Below, in pieces: positions 39,190 to 52,949 of a stretch of DNA of 64,000 nt. Positions within the stretch are counted from its first letter, which is position 1, and each line of letters starts with the position of its first letter. This DNA is from Vicugna vicugna. Taxonomy: Eukaryota. Under the pieces are notes generated by a model. The model was not told the DNA's origin and ran no database searches. It saw only the letters and a list, made by a program, of their open reading frames with translations. The stretch is taken from positions 8,783,819 to 8,847,818 of the forward strand of contig MU058065.1 in NCBI GenBank assembly GCA_013265495.1, written 5' to 3'. A program made the position numbers and the translations under genes.

Positions 39190-39345
39190 TTGTCTGGTGT
39201 TTCAGAGGAAATAATACATGACTTCAAGAAGGTCACAAGAGTTCTCTGGACCTCAGCTTCATCATCTAGAAAATAGAAAGCTGTACTAAATGATCTTTAG
39301 TCTCTGAAGAGTCTAGTTTTCTAGATCTAACATTCTATAATTAAG
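39190..39345 (+). mobile_element. MIR/MIR3 fragment
   Basis: tctctggacctcagcttcatcatctagaaaat..actaaatgatctttag..ctaacattcta. Confidence 0.65.
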
Positions 39346-39369
39346 CTTTCTAGGGGATTTGACAGGGTG

Positions 39370-40335
39370 ATTTTTGTCTATTGATAGATAATCCAGCACC
39401 CATTCTCAGCCCCTCTCCTTTCCTTGCCTTCTCTATAGGAGTTGGAAGAGCTAAATATCCTCTTTATGAGCTTTCTTTATAGCTCGCAGTGGCCACGTGA
39501 TATAGCTCTGGCCAGTGAGATGTAAAGGGAAATTTGGGAAGCCATTTGCTTTCCAGATGAAAAAGATAGGCACAGCTGACACACTCCTGTGGTCGGCAGA
39601 CTTCTCGGATGGCCTCCTGATGCACATGCTCTGTACAATCCTCTCCCCTGAAGTATGGGCAGAACCATGGGATATCACTCCCACGATTAGGTTACCAATC
39701 AGCTGACTTTGAGCCAACCAAGGGGAGATTATTTTGGGTAGGCCTGACATAATCAGGTGAGCCTTTCAAAACAGAGATAATTTCCTGTTGGCCTCTTAGA
39801 GGAAAGTAAACAGCCATGCTGTGAACTGTCTTGGGGTAGCCTCTAGAAGCTGAAGACCTCAGCCCTAGGAAATGAATTCTAACAACAACCAGTGAGCTTG
39901 AAAGAAGACCCTAAACCTCAGATGACAGACAGTCCCAGCTGACACTCTGATTGCAGCCTGGTGACTTCTTGAGCAGAGAACTCAGTTAACTAGTGACCAG
40001 ACGCCTGATCCACAGAAGCTGCGAGATAAATTTGTGTTAAGTTGCTATACTTGTGGCAGTTTGTTACGCAGCCATAGAAAACTAACACAACTCCTTTCCA
40101 CTTAATCTCAAAAGCTGAACACTTTAAAAAAAACCATCTTGTAATCATAAAGGAGAGGCCAAGTGAATCACAGAGCCCCTGATCCTGATCTCTTGCACCT
40201 CTAAACCACAGGCAGCAACTGCTTTTCTCTAAACTTTTTTTACACCAGAAAAAGAAATGTCTACTTGTAAAAGCCAATACAATTTAGCAAGCTTTTCTTT
40301 TACTTGCAGTTGAAATCATTTCCAACTGATAAAGC
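39370..40335 (+). mobile_element. Older MLT1 (J/K/L-type) LTR interrupted by MLT1E
   Basis: ggccacgtga..ctggccagtgagatgtaa; resumes after 40094 and ends ttacttgcagttgaaatcatttccaactgata. Confidence 0.6.
39588..40089 (+). mobile_element. MLT1E-like MaLR solo LTR with perfect 5-bp TSD
   Basis: tgtggtcggcaga...gcagccatagaaaactaacaca; actcc at 39583-39587 and 40090-40094. Confidence 0.85.
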
Positions 40336-40364
40336 AGACTTCCAAAATCAGCATGAGCAAATTC

Positions 40365-40755
40365 TTATTTATTCATTGGCAAACATTTATAAGGAATCTA
40401 TAATGTTCCAGATGGGAAAAAAAAGAAACACCAGAAATAAAAAAATCTCTGCCTTCTATAGGCTCATAGCCTAGTATAGGGGGAATAGGTGGTGGGAAAC
40501 AAAGGAGTGGGGGGGGTAGGGGAGAAGGTAGAAAAATCAGGATACAATTAAAATACAGAGTGGTTAGGCTATGATGGGTATAAGCAGAAGATCTTAGGGA
40601 AGCTCAAAGAAGGGCCACTTAGTGTAGATTTCAGGGCTGGCTAGGAGAGGAGGGCTGGATCTGGAGGTTTAGGATGAGGAGCAGAATTATGAGGGAGGAT
40701 TATGAGTCACTCAGGAGCAATAGAGGAGGGGAGTTCTGGCACAGAGAGTGGAGGT
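40365..40755 (-). mobile_element. L2 3' fragment
   Basis: tttattcatt..aacatttat..ctctgccttc..gctcatagcctagt. Confidence 0.55.
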
Positions 40756-41609
40756 CATTCAGTCAAATAATCGACAACCACCAAAATAGCTAATGTGAGG
40801 CTGGGGAATGTGCCAGACATCACAGGGAAACAGAGACCTAGAGTACTTGGTAACCCGCCCCAGGTTCTTATAATCATCCTGTATCCACCCCTCCCCAATA
40901 GAGCAGAATGAGTGCTCTCCCTTGTCACGGAGGGAAATGCAACAGCACCTGCCACTCTGCCTTGTGGCTTGCTCCCAGGATTAGTGCCTTTGGCAGCTGC
41001 CCCAGATGTAAGCACATCTAGAGAGCGGCTTACCCACAGGAGAATCTAGGTCAAGGTCCTTCAGGAATGTGCTGTGCACAGGGAATTCAAGAAGACAGAA
41101 ATGGATTTGACAGAGAAGACAAACCCTTCAGCTTTTGAAGCAGAATCTTAGTGCCTTCAGGCTCTGTCAAATCATGTTCTCTCTCCTCCTGACTTATGGT
41201 TCTTAGAACCTAGGATTTAGCTTGGAATTTAGAAAGCTTCTATAAATCTCCTCCAAATAAGCAGAGGAACAAATATGTTAAAATAATAAAATGTGAATTC
41301 TGAAATAGGGCCTAGATAAAAACACTGGAGGTAAAAAGGCTAAGGCAAATACTGTGGCAGGAAGTTGAGAGCAACAACAAAACAAATCTTATCTCATCCA
41401 TTGATCTGTTTTATCATCTTTGAGGAGCAAAGATGGTTCGGGGTGCTAAAAAAGAAGAGATAACTTAGAAGCTAGGAATACATTCTTCCTATTTCAGAGG
41501 ACAGCCTCCCCAGCCTCCCTGATTTTCCCAGGGTGTTGAGGAAACTTTCCTTGTGGCAGCAGGTATGGAGCTTGCCCAAGGCATAGGAGGTTTGTTTTTT
41601 TTTCCCCCA

Positions 41610-41915
41610 ATCTTTTAAAATGTCAGACTTATTGATGTTTAATATACAATACAGTAAAATTCACCCAGTTTTGGTGTACAGTTTGATGAGATCTGACAAA
41701 TGTGTACAGTAGTGTAACTACACTATGAAGATGACATAGGGACACTTCCATCAACCCACAAAGTTCCTCCCTGCCTCTTTGTAGGAATCCCCACCCCTGG
41801 GAAACTACTGACAATTTCTTACCCCTGTAATTTTGCCTTTTCCAGAATGTCATGTAAATGGAATCATACAGTATACACCTTGTGTATCTGACTTCTTGCA
41901 CTTAATATAATGCAA
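41610..41915 (-). mobile_element. L1MB/MC-type 3' end
   Basis: acatacagtaaaattcaccc-like start..tgtacagtttgatgag..ttgccttttccagaatgtcatgtaaatggaatcatacagtat. Confidence 0.8.
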
Positions 41916-42407
41916 GGCCAGTTTCTAAAAGCTTTAATGTTGTCTGTCAAGGTCATCTTTCCTTGTGATACAAGGCTAAGTGGGTGAGCATCGATGTTCA
42001 TGCTTGTCTTAACAAATTCACTGGAGTATGACTCTAGACCCGAAATCAAACCTGCTGAATACCACGCAGTTTGTCTCCGTAATCTATTCTAATGTGTTGG
42101 TTCAAGCTACACTTGTATGGTGCAAACAGTAATAGTGGTATAGTAAATTTATACATGAATATCTCTCTATTAGCATTTAGAAATGCATAATTGCATTTTA
42201 ATCAAGCAAGAGCATGTATAGGCCTATGCTACTGCCCTCAAGGACCTTGCAAAGATAATTAAAAAGATAGCACATACTTAAACCATAAACTTTCATTGCT
42301 GAAAGGGGTTTTAGGGATCATCTAGTCATAGTATCATAGAATTTCACAGTTGGCAATGACCTTCAAGATTATCCAGACCTGCCCAACATCTGGGATTTGA
42401 ATTTCCT

Positions 42408-42635
42408 CCTGGGGTGGGAAACTCCAAAAGCAGATGAGTAATGTAAATGTTTGACACTAGCCAGGAGAGAGTGATGGGGCCTGAGGCAAATTGGAGACAG
42501 CATGATAGTACCCACAGTCATTCAAATTCAATTTAAAAAAAAAACACTGTGAAAAAACAAAAAGTACATATGAAAATAAGAAGTACATATGTCTGGGCTT
42601 GATTCAGTCCTTGGGTTGTCATATTGCAATCTCTT
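42408..42635 (-). mobile_element. MER102-like hAT element nested in MIR/L3 sequence
   Basis: aatgtaaatg..tgaggcaaattggaga..agcatg..cattcaaattcaattt..aaaacactgtg. Confidence 0.55.
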
Positions 42636-42664
42636 TTCCATAATAGCCTTCCCAAGTTTTTAGC

Positions 42665-43125
42665 TAGTATACTCCTGAAACCCTGACACATATCCTTTCA
42701 CTATTACCAGTTCAGTATGAGCTGGTCTGGCTTTCAATTGCCAGGATAGGATTTATTTCCTATAGGATTTCTTGAAACCCCAGCACCTGCTTTGCCCCTC
42801 TCCCACCAGGCAGGCAGAAAGTGGCTGGAGACTGATGCTCTACTGGAGTAGCTTTCATCCTCCACTGATAGAAATTTGTGTATATATATCCTAGCTCCCT
42901 TAGCTTGTTGGGGGGATAACTAAAGCATTTTTAATTGGCCCCCAGATTCCCCAAGTGGAATTAGAGTTCCTTTTACCACAGTGGACTCTTACGTAACAGT
43001 ATATCCTTTATTTCCAGCATACTTTGGTTGTCGTATTTCCCCATTTCCTACCAGTCTTTCCTGAGATCACCTGCCAGATAAGCTACTGGATGTGAATCTT
43101 CATCTTAGGATCTGCTTCTAAGAGT
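42665..43125 (+). mobile_element. LTR16-family ERVL solo LTR
   Basis: caggcagaaagtggctggag, ccccagattccccaagtggaatt, tcctgagatcacctgccagataagctact..aggatctgcttct. Confidence 0.65.
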
Positions 43126-43139
43126 TGATCTCAAGTTAA

Positions 43140-43390
43140 TGTAGCCAGTGAATACCTGAAAAACTCCAGAGATGCGGGACTTACTGCATTCCAAAACCCT
43201 TAGAATGTCTTGAGAAATCTCTGGCCCACAGAAATACCTTTACTGAGATGAAAGTATCTTTCTATGACTGGCATCTAGAGGTTCACTCTGTGGAACCATA
43301 TGTTGTTGTGTGAACTTGTCTAGAAATCCCCCTCTTTAGAATCATCCAACCCAATTCTTAAACTGCTTAATTGTTCTTGAATATATTCTA
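43140..43390 (-). mobile_element. CR1/L3 3' fragment
   Basis: tgaaaaactccagagatgcgggacttactgcattcca. Confidence 0.4.
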
Positions 43391-45839
43391 TATTTCACTC
43401 ACTTATCTATGAAAAAAAAAAATTAACTGGTACAGAAAGCCAGTAGTGAAAATCTGGAATGAAAAAATGCCCAGGAGAAGGAAAACTCCCAGAAATCTGG
43501 AGGGTTGAAGTGTAATACTGGACTTCCCTTTTATGTGAGATGCAAACTAGGGCCATTTTTAGTTAAATGTTACAAGAAGGGTCAATCAAAAGGACATGGG
43601 ATCATGCTGTTTACACATATAATACATGTATAATACCACATAATTTATGGTCTGAATTTTTCATTTGGGAGAGGATCATGAAAAATGTGCTGTCTTCATT
43701 CTCAGCCTGTCAGTTTTCAAGCTTCTAAGTTTTCCAGTCAAGTGTCCAATGTCTGTTCTTGCATGTACTACCTAACAGGGTGTCAAACACTTTGTAAGGT
43801 GCTGGTATGGTATTAAATTCTCAGCTTCTTTCTAAGAGGCAACTTTTGGGCCTCTTCAAGAGACAAAAAAGGTTCTGAATTGTCTCAGCAGTGTTCTGAG
43901 AGCATCCTCTACCTATTCCTTCCCATCCTAAGAGAAAGGTGAGTTTCAGGAGAGCCAAGAGCTGGGCAAAATGGAGTGCAAAATAGTGTGACAAGTAGAT
44001 TTCAGAGCCCTTATGAATCTCTCTTCTGACACTGTATTTGAAATAAAGTACTTGTTGGAGAGTTAAATGTACTAGTTTTTAAATTTTGAGAGTACTTTGA
44101 GGACATCCGTGGCCATTTTTTCACAACCTATTTCTGGGACACACTGAAAGGACTGATTACTTGCTAATATATCTTTTCTTATACAAAACTACTTGTGAAT
44201 ATGCATTCCGACTATTTGAATAGTTTTTCTTTTAAATTTTTTTTTTAAAGAGAGATAAACAAGTGATTATTGAATTCAAGGCTATACCTATTCCTCCCAC
44301 TTCTTCTCCATCTGATATAATTACAGTAAGTCTGGGTTGTGCATATCTGAACATCTTCTGGTTTTGATTGTCAAGCAATCAAATAGCATTTCTCGCCCCC
44401 ACTCAGACCCATAATTTAGAAGCTTCTCTGCAGTGACACTTGGTGCAGTTTAATTATTATGCTCTTCAATCCAGAAAGCTATTTAAAGGACAATGGAAGC
44501 TGTGCATTTGCAGTCCTCTCTCTTGAAAAAGATTCAGAAATATATATGTATAGCTAATCCCAAACTGAAACTTGATAAATTGTATGGTACATGACTTTGA
44601 ATAGCAATGCTTTTTCCTTTAAAAAAAATGGTATTTTAACATATATGTTTCCTTCCAAGAAAGCGTCCAGCACAATTATACCATTTGAAAACTTTTCTAC
44701 CACAACATTAGAAGAAACCATGTAAGATTTCACAATCATCTGCATTCTGTTTACAGCAAATATTTTTTCATTTCAAAATGAAATTCTCAAGCCCCAAATG
44801 GGTAGGTGTTTTAATTCAGCATTGAAATGAAGAGCTGCTTTTTTCTAAACATATTCTCTTCCCTTCCCTGGCAGTTACTGGTACCAACTTGTTCTTAATT
44901 ATCTCCCATTCAATGCTAGTCATAGCCGCCCGCCTACTTCACACCTCGGCAGGCCAGCCCACAGTACTCACTCAGCCCCCTCTGGCTGAATCATCTTCCG
45001 CCCCCATCCTTTCTCACTGCCGTTTCCTTTTTCACTTCAGTGCTCTTTTTAGAAGGACATTCTGCTTTTCCAAAGCTTTTTTCTTCATTCTACATTATGT
45101 CCCCTTTATATTCTAGAAAACCGCAACTCAAGGAATTTTCTTCTCGTAACTGAAAACAACTCGAGCTTAATACATCATGCATCTGTGTTCATTAGCTATC
45201 CATTAATTCTGTGTACTTTAAGGGAAAATAGGATTTGAGAAGCTGGAAGTTTATCACCTTCACACCAATATACAAAAGATAAAATGGAGTCATTTTTATA
45301 AATCTCTACCTCGGCAGAGACACAGGAACTCCCAGATCTGGGCAATTTAAACCGTCAAACAGTTTGACATTCCTGCTTTCAACATTCTGCTCTCATTGAT
45401 TTTTTTTCCCCTAATGTTACAGATAAGTCCTTTTATATTGTTAACCCTCAAGTGTCCATTTTTCTTAGGCATAAATGCTGACCCAATGGTTCCTATAAAG
45501 TGTGGGAGGCTGGGGGCTTTAGGATCCACTTGAAGGTATCTGAGCTCTGACCAACCAACAGAAACGTTGTGCTGATACCAGCCTAAGCCGTGAGGACACA
45601 ACTGAACATTTTATCTCTATGTGTTATCAACTTAAAATAATCTCAACATTTTCTGGAGGTATCCATGCATGTAGATAAATTTCTTAGCATCTACAGACAA
45701 GTCACTCATCATCATCTCACACAGATTCCTAATACAGGCCTCACAATGATCCCACCATGCACGAAGAAAAGAGATTAGAGGTTGGATCCCAAGTTCAAAT
45801 GATCACTGATGGCCCATAGGGAGGGGAGTCTCCTGCTGT

Positions 45840-46350
45840 TAAGAAGTTTACAGTTAAAAAAGATACACTTGGTCCAACTTCTCATTTTATGTGAGAAAAA
45901 TGAGCTCCAAAGGCCTGATGTGACTTGGCCAAAGTCATTAGGGAATTAGTTAAAAAAAAAAAACTCAGACTAGAATCCAAGTACATCCACAAGACAAAAG
46001 GAAACCTACCTTTGTAAAGTGCCCTTCCTTTTTATTTCACCAAATCTTCACAATCACCCCACAGAAAGATATCATTATTCTGACTTGACAGATAAGCAAA
46101 CTGAGGGTCATAAAGTTAAGTAACTATCACAAGTTCAAACACCTGGAAAGTGATACAGACACGCGGAACTACTTGCTGATGTTTGCAGGGAACACTTTAC
46201 AGCTTTGTGAGTACTTACATGGGAAGTGTCAGGCACTGAACTAAGCTCATTACTATATCATCTGACTAAAGCCTTAAAACAGCCCCTTGTGATGTTATTT
46301 ATGTATTGATAATGTCATCATTATCTCCATAATGAAAACATGGGATTTTA
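45840..46350 (-). mobile_element. Cluster of three MIR fragments
   Basis: ctcattttatgtgag..tgacttggccaaagtca; acagataagcaaactgagggtca; gagtacttac..tcaggcactg. Confidence 0.65.
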
Positions 46351-47295
46351 GACTTCTTTTGTGCCTTTTTCTACTGTATGTTGTTATTTTTTGTTTGTTT
46401 GTTTTATTTATCTCTTTAGACACAATGACTATTTAAAAAACAGAAGGCAAATGGGTTTTTTTCACGTATTATTTTCTGGAGTCCAAATTGTCAATATGTT
46501 TTAGGAGGCAAGAGAGTAATCATACTCTCACAACTCTTAGCACTTTTCCCCTATGGATTGAATGTAAAGTATTTTTGAGGGAAGACGGATGAGGGACCAA
46601 AGATGGTAGCCCCACCAATCCTTGGCAATTTGTCAGAGAAAATAAAACATAAAATGATACTAAATATCTTTGTTCTTACTCAAGGTTTGATTGGGTGGGA
46701 ATACGGAGATAAGAGGGGAAATATGCTTTTATTATTTAATTTATCTGCATTTATCAAGATATACATGCAGCATAATTCTCAATTTTACTCAGAAAATAAA
46801 GGAATCTATGTTAAAATAAAGCTCTCAATTGTGTCTCTAACAACCTATTCATCAAAAACTAGGTAGGAAAAATTGGGAGATATAGATAATAAGAATAATA
46901 AAATTTAATGTATAGGTTTTTTGAAGATTTGTGAACAGACCTGCCAAATCACAGTAATGTATTTTCAATGTGCTCACATCAGCTCAGCACTCACTTTACT
47001 CAGTCATCCACCTCTGTCTCCAGACCTTCCCAGATGCCCCACCCAGTGTCTGGCACACATTCCCCTTCTCAGCTCTATGAGCTCATGCCTTTTCAATTGT
47101 TCAATCATCTCCCCCAACTACTACCTTTCAGGATGCTTTTCTGTGCTAACTAGAAGCATGATGGTAATTTCCTTCATAATATCTGTCTGAAGCAAACTTT
47201 TCAGACTGCATTTTCTTCACTTGTAAAATGAGTCTAGATTAGATCATCAGTAAAGTGTCGTCTGGGTCTAAATTTTATGGGTTTCTAGTATTTTC

Positions 47296-47488
47296 TCCCC
47301 CTTTTTATTGAAGTATAGGTGACTTACAATTTTGTGGTGTGTATATACATTATATATATATATATACACACACACACTTTTTCATTACAGGTTACTGCAA
47401 GCCATTGAATATAGTTCCCTGGGCTATACGGTAAGACCCTAGTGTTTATATGTGCTGTACATAGTAGTTTGTATATGCCAATCCCAAA
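47296..47488 (-). mobile_element. Young L1 3' end (cetartiodactyl/camelid type)
   Basis: tttttattgaagtatag..tttttcattacaggtta..ttgaatatagttccctg.gctatac..tagtagtttgtat..aatcccaaa. Confidence 0.7.
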
Positions 47489-47489
47489 T

Positions 47490-47830
47490 GTATTAACACA
47501 TATTGAGGACTTACTAAATGTCAGGCTCTGTACCAGAAACTAGGGCAACCAGGACACAGTCCCTCCCTCCCCTCACAGCTTATTCTATAGCAAGGGAGAG
47601 GCTAATTATTACTCAATACTGAAAATGATAAAATCAAGGTATGTGCACAGGGATGCAGTGATTCTAGTTAAGTAAAATATAGAGAAGGTGACATCTGAGC
47701 TGAGCCATGAGGGATGAGTTAATAGGCCCAGGCAAGGAGAAAAGAACTTTCTAGGTAGAAGAACAGCATAAGCAATGGCACAGAAACTTGTGACTACATG
47801 GGCAGAGCAAAAAGAGCACAGGTGAGAAGA
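47490..47830 (-). mobile_element. L2 fragment
   Basis: tattgaggacttactaaatgtcaggc, aggtgacatctgagctgag, taggtagaagaacagcat. Confidence 0.65.
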
Positions 47831-47878
47831 GCAGTGAAGCAGCAGGATTAAGACCACATCCTCTGAGAAGTCAGTCAT

Positions 47879-48271
47879 CCAGTGTTAGTCAGCTAGAGCT
47901 GCCTTACAAAATATCACAACTGAGTGACTTAAACCACAAAAATTTCTTTCTCCACAGTTCTGGAGGCTAGAAGTCCAAGATCTAGGCGTTGGCAGATTTG
48001 GTTTCTCCTTAGGCCTCTGTCCCTGGCTTGCAGATGGCCACCTTCTTGCTGTGTCCTCTCATGGCTTTTCCTCTATATGCCTGTCCCCTATTGTCTCTTC
48101 TTCTTATAAGGACACCAGTCTGATTGGATTAGAAGTCCACCCTTACTTAGTACCTGATTTAACCTTAATTACCTCCTTAAAGGCCCTGACTCCAAACACA
48201 GTCACATTAAGGGTTATGGCTTCAGCATATGAATGGAGGTGGGGGGGCAGGGCACAATTCAATCCATAACA
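47879..48271 (-). mobile_element. MLT1A/B-like MaLR solo LTR
   Basis: cacagttctggaggctagaagtccaagatc, tggcttgcagatggccaccttct, cttataaggacaccagtc, cacaattcaatccataaca. Confidence 0.85.
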
Positions 48272-48532
48272 TTAGGCTGGCTGCACTATTTTGAAAACAG
48301 TGAGGAAAAGCCTCAGGGCAGCTGGCGTGGCTACCAAGCAGATTAGTATATTAAAGCTTGGTCATCTCATTCATAAAAGAACCCTTAAGCCTCACCCAAA
48401 TGACTACATATTTGATTTTACATTCAATTTTGGAAAGCCAGTTTGTTCTGCTACTTTAGAACCTTAGAACTGAAACCTTAGGTGTGCAGGAAGCCTACAG
48501 GGGGAAGACATCAATGATGATAAGAAATGGTT

Positions 48533-49160
48533 GCTGACAGTTTGTATTTTTCACAGATGGGCCCACCAATCTCTCCCATCCCTCGTGCTTTCTTCCAGTG
48601 TGAGCTTGCTAATGCCTCATCAATAAGCAGAGTCTAAATCTGGCTTCCTTGAATTTGGGGTTGACCTCATGACTCACTTGTTGCCAACAGAACGGCGCTG
48701 TATGATTTATGAGTCCATGAGAAAAAGACCATGAAGCTTCCACCTGTTTCTCTTGGAAAACTCACCCTCTGGTAGCCCCATTTTGGGGCTTTCCCTCTCA
48801 AAACCCACCCACCCTGCTGTGAAAATCTTAAACCATGTTAAAAGGCCACGTGTAGGTGTCCTGGTCAGTAGTCACAACTGAGCCCAGCCTTTAGCTGTCC
48901 CAGTCCAGGCATCAGACTGGTGAGTGAACAATCGTAGAGCTAGATCCTCCAGTCCTAGCTGTTTCAGATTCCAGCTGTTAAAGTCACTCCTAGTCATGAG
49001 TCTCCTAGCTGAGGGGCCAGACACTGCAGAGCAGAGAAGCACTCCACATACCCTTTCTGAATTCCTGATCCACTGAATCTGAGAGAATAATAAAATAATT
49101 TTTTCTATGCCACTAAATTTGGGATGGCTTATTGCAGAGCAATAGTAACTGACTTGGACA
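48533..49160 (+). mobile_element. MLT1G-like MaLR solo LTR
   Basis: tttgtattttt..agatgg, aggccacgtgtaggtg, ctagctgagg..gcagaga, tctgaattcctga.ccac.gaatc, gcaatagtaact. Confidence 0.8.
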
Positions 49161-50954
49161 GTTAAACCACTAAGAGGAAAGATTTTTTAAAATACTTATG
49201 ATAAGTAAAGAGATGAACCCAAAATATAGTCTGACTCCATTTAGTGTATGGAAAAATAGTTCTGTATATCTCACTATTGTTCCTGAAAAGTTCTCTATTT
49301 ACAGTACAGCATACTGTTTGATGTTCATCACAATGATACTCCAGTCTCACTAAAAAAATGTCTAATTTAGCTCAGGATACATAATTTTTACAAGGCAGGG
49401 GGAATAGATCATACATTTTGGAAAGATAAACTTTAATTGATTAATATTTAAAAAGCTTTGGTGCTTTAAAAGGAATAAACATTTCCATTATCAGGAAAAT
49501 TAAGCCACAAAAATGTTGTCATTATTTTGATAATACTGGATAAATTAGACTTCACTATAACTTTTAACTGAATGTATTTCATGTTTTTTTGATGTTTGTA
49601 TTTCTTGTCAAGAGTAAGTCTTGGAAATTCGCATATTATTATTTATTTATATACATTCTCTTTTTCAAAAGAGGATTTGAGGAAGCTTTGATGTTGGCTT
49701 AACTCGCTTCATACCCCATCCAGCATACCATGTATGATGGAATCATTAAGAAATACACTTTGATAATGGTATTGATACTAAATTATGGCCTCTCTAGAGA
49801 CCAGGGACCATGCCCTATTACTTGTTTGTGTATTCTCAATATTGCCTAGTTTAATTCTTTGTAGCAGAAATTCAAAAGAGATTTGGTGAATTGAATTGAC
49901 AGAATTGTGATCAGATCTTTAATTTATGTCTAAAATTTCTCTCGAGAACATTACAGAGAAATCAGCCAAAACATCTGAAGTAATCATTAGTAACAGCAAA
50001 GTAATACCAAAAAGCCATGTAAAATACCAACCACTTCTAAAATGGATATACCAATGCATTACAATAAACACACCACATGATAGGCTTCTCTGATTTTATT
50101 TCCATGGACTTTCACACCATTCAAATGGTATCATAAAGAGCTCAATTACAGTTCAGGTCAGGACTAACATTTTATGAGGAGGATTGTGCAAGTGGTTATA
50201 TGTGGTTGTGTGCAGCTGTGCATGTGTGTGTATGTTTTGAAGGGAAGCAGACTTATCAGCAGAAATAGGACTTCAGGTCTCATAATTCCATCACTCATAT
50301 TCTTGGCAAAGAGCAGACAGTGCCTTTGGCCAAGTGGGATCTGGTGGCTGGTGCCCAACAAGACAGGGTGCTAACCAACATGTTAACATTAGGAGTTCTG
50401 GCTACCCCTTTCTTCCTGGAGACCAGCAAAGCCCAGATCCTCTTCCCATCCCTTGAAGCTTCTCATCCTGAAGTCCCAGAAACTCCATATAAGACCCCCA
50501 GTAGCATTCATCCTAGGTGGCTGGGCCCCCAGCTGGAGATAAGTCAAGTAGAGGTTCCCTCCCAGTTTTTCCACTGTGCAACTCAAGATCGCAGGGATGG
50601 ATTGTTGACTGAACTTTCATCTTTGCTGGTGATTAAACTTTATGCAGGCAGTGTAATCACAGCTGGGGCTGCAATTAAAATTCAATTCAAAACATATGGT
50701 CCCTATCCTCTAGAATTTATAATCTAATGGGAAAGACAGGCTCAGACATTTCTAGCTAGCCATAGTCATTTTTGACTATAGACATCAGACATGAGTCTAA
50801 GTATGAGTGAAGTGCTGCATGGGGAATCTGTGAGGGAGGCCGTTACCTTTGATACTATGGAAGAAGATACAGATCTCACTTGAATCTCACTTTTGATAAA
50901 TGGTTCTGATTAGAACAGACAGCACTATGAATTATAAAATGCTTTTTAATAAAA

Positions 50955-51160
50955 TAATAATAGTATTTAATTTATTGAATATATACAATGTTCAAGATAC
51001 TAGCATTGTGCAATGCACTTGATTGCATTTCTCATTTTACCCTTAAAAGAGTCCTAGAAGTAGGTGCCATTATTATCCTTGTTTTATAGATGAAGAAACT
51101 GAAGTTTAGAGAAGTGACTTAACTAAGGTCACACAGTTAGAAAATGGCAGAGCCAGGACA
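50955..51160 (-). mobile_element. MIR
   Basis: ttattatccttgttttatagatgaagaaactgaagtttagagaag..aaggtcacacag..aatggcagagccagga. Confidence 0.8.
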
Positions 51161-51539
51161 TCCGTAGAGTTCAGGGTATTTCAAACCAAATTTTGCTCTG
51201 CTCAATGTCAGGAAAATATCTGTGTTCCTTGCCTCCGTGAAATAATGATTCTGATACTTAAAAATATTTCTGTGTTCTGATTTCTCCCTACCCTCAAGAT
51301 AGAAAAGAAATTTAACACAAGACTTAATTTCTAACTGAAGATTTATCTGACTTTATCTATACAACAGAGTATTACTTCTCTAACAGCTTTTCTAGTTAAT
51401 TGCTAATTAATTATATATTTCAAATTGCTTGTAATATGTTTCTTTAAAAAGAGTAGAGAGCTTTATTGGTAGGTTACAATTATAAGATTATACAGTTCCC
51501 ACTACTGATTTAAAAATAATTAATGAAGGCTTATATGCC

Positions 51540-52034
51540 TGTTAGCGTAACTGATACCATTCTGGGCCTGTACAGTTTCTCCTACCCTTTCACTGACCCT
51601 ACCCATGACTGTACTGTGTGGGAAATCACTTCTCTGTCATCAAGGGCTTTGTAGTTAACAGATACTGTTTAATAATCATTAGGACCAGGTGGCCTCCATG
51701 CTCTGTTAGTCCCCAAACAATGATGAAAACCTGATGTACTCCTGGCACCCACAAGACTAGCTACCCATTCATAAATCTTGACTTAGGAATTCATGTCCTG
51801 TTTCCAAGCACCTATTCCCATACCCTAGGTTAACTTTAAAATTATTCAACAGCCCATCGATGGTGAAGAGTGTAGCTGCAAATGCTTCCAGATCATTGTC
51901 CACCTGATCCAGATCCTACCCTGTGAGTAAGTTACCCTACAATAAACTGATTATATGGAGCTGCCTGCCTTGTTTTTAGTCTCAAGGTGTCTTCTCAGTT
52001 CAGTGGACACTTTCATTCCCTCCATCTTTCAACA
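51540..52034 (+). mobile_element. Probable ERV1-type solo LTR (subfamily unassigned)
   Basis: TG...CA termini (tgttag..tcaaca), polyA signal aataaa at ~51941, flanks tgcc/tggc (3 of 4 match). Confidence 0.5.
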
Positions 52035-52949
52035 TGGCTCAAGTTTCAAAATGGCAAGAACATTATTTCAAAAATGTTAATTTCTAGCTCACTGGGGGCA
52101 GCAAGAATCTCTTCAGATATTTTATTTTTTAAAGCGTCAAAATTTTCTATACCAAAATATACAGACCATAATTTTTGAACAAGATTTCTACGGCACACTA
52201 GTGGCATAATGAGCTACACACCATACCAGGTCAACCATCCCAGGCATCTGCAGCAGGAGCAAGGAAGCTTCTGCAGATTGTGTTACTCCCTTTGAAGCCC
52301 AGGGAACTGTAATTTCTCTCCACTTGAGAATGGAAATTATAGCCTTCATCCAGAAGGTTAGTTTGTCAACTGAGCCCTGGTTTCCAAATTAATCAACAAG
52401 TATACAAGTCCAGCACGATGCCAAAGAAAATGTACAAATGTATCCAGTATCCCAGACTGGATTAAGCAAAGAGTAAAGTTAAGTGTGTGCTTAGGGCACC
52501 ACAAAAGGTTAAAACAGCATATAAGCAGTCATTAGGGAAAGGAAGTAGACTTTAATGAACTATATTATACTGATTTTATAAATCAGATTAAAAAATATTT
52601 TTGAACTATGTTTGAGAGACTGAGAGGTGAAGGAGGCATCATAAGCTTTTCAGAAGCTGAGGCCACTAAAGGGTATCAACTCTTCTTTGTATCTCACAGT
52701 ATAACAATTTAACATAGAATACAATTGACCTGTCAGAATACCCCCAAATTCTTTATTTGTGACAGATATGGGAAACTTTTAATATAGTCCACAAAATGGT
52801 TCTAGTCAACAATAGAGTCTATTTCTAAGTATTTGTCCTCATATGACTTAGTGTTTCCACAATGGGTTGTTTTGATCAAGGTTTCCATAGGAGAAATTGT
52901 GGACATACTTCAGCTGATCTTTATTAAATGAATAAATAAGTCAATGAAC

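Noticed and set aside
50320..50727. Longest ORF (135 aa)
   Set aside because: GTG start, no recognisable homology or splice context, and it ends next to L2 sequence.
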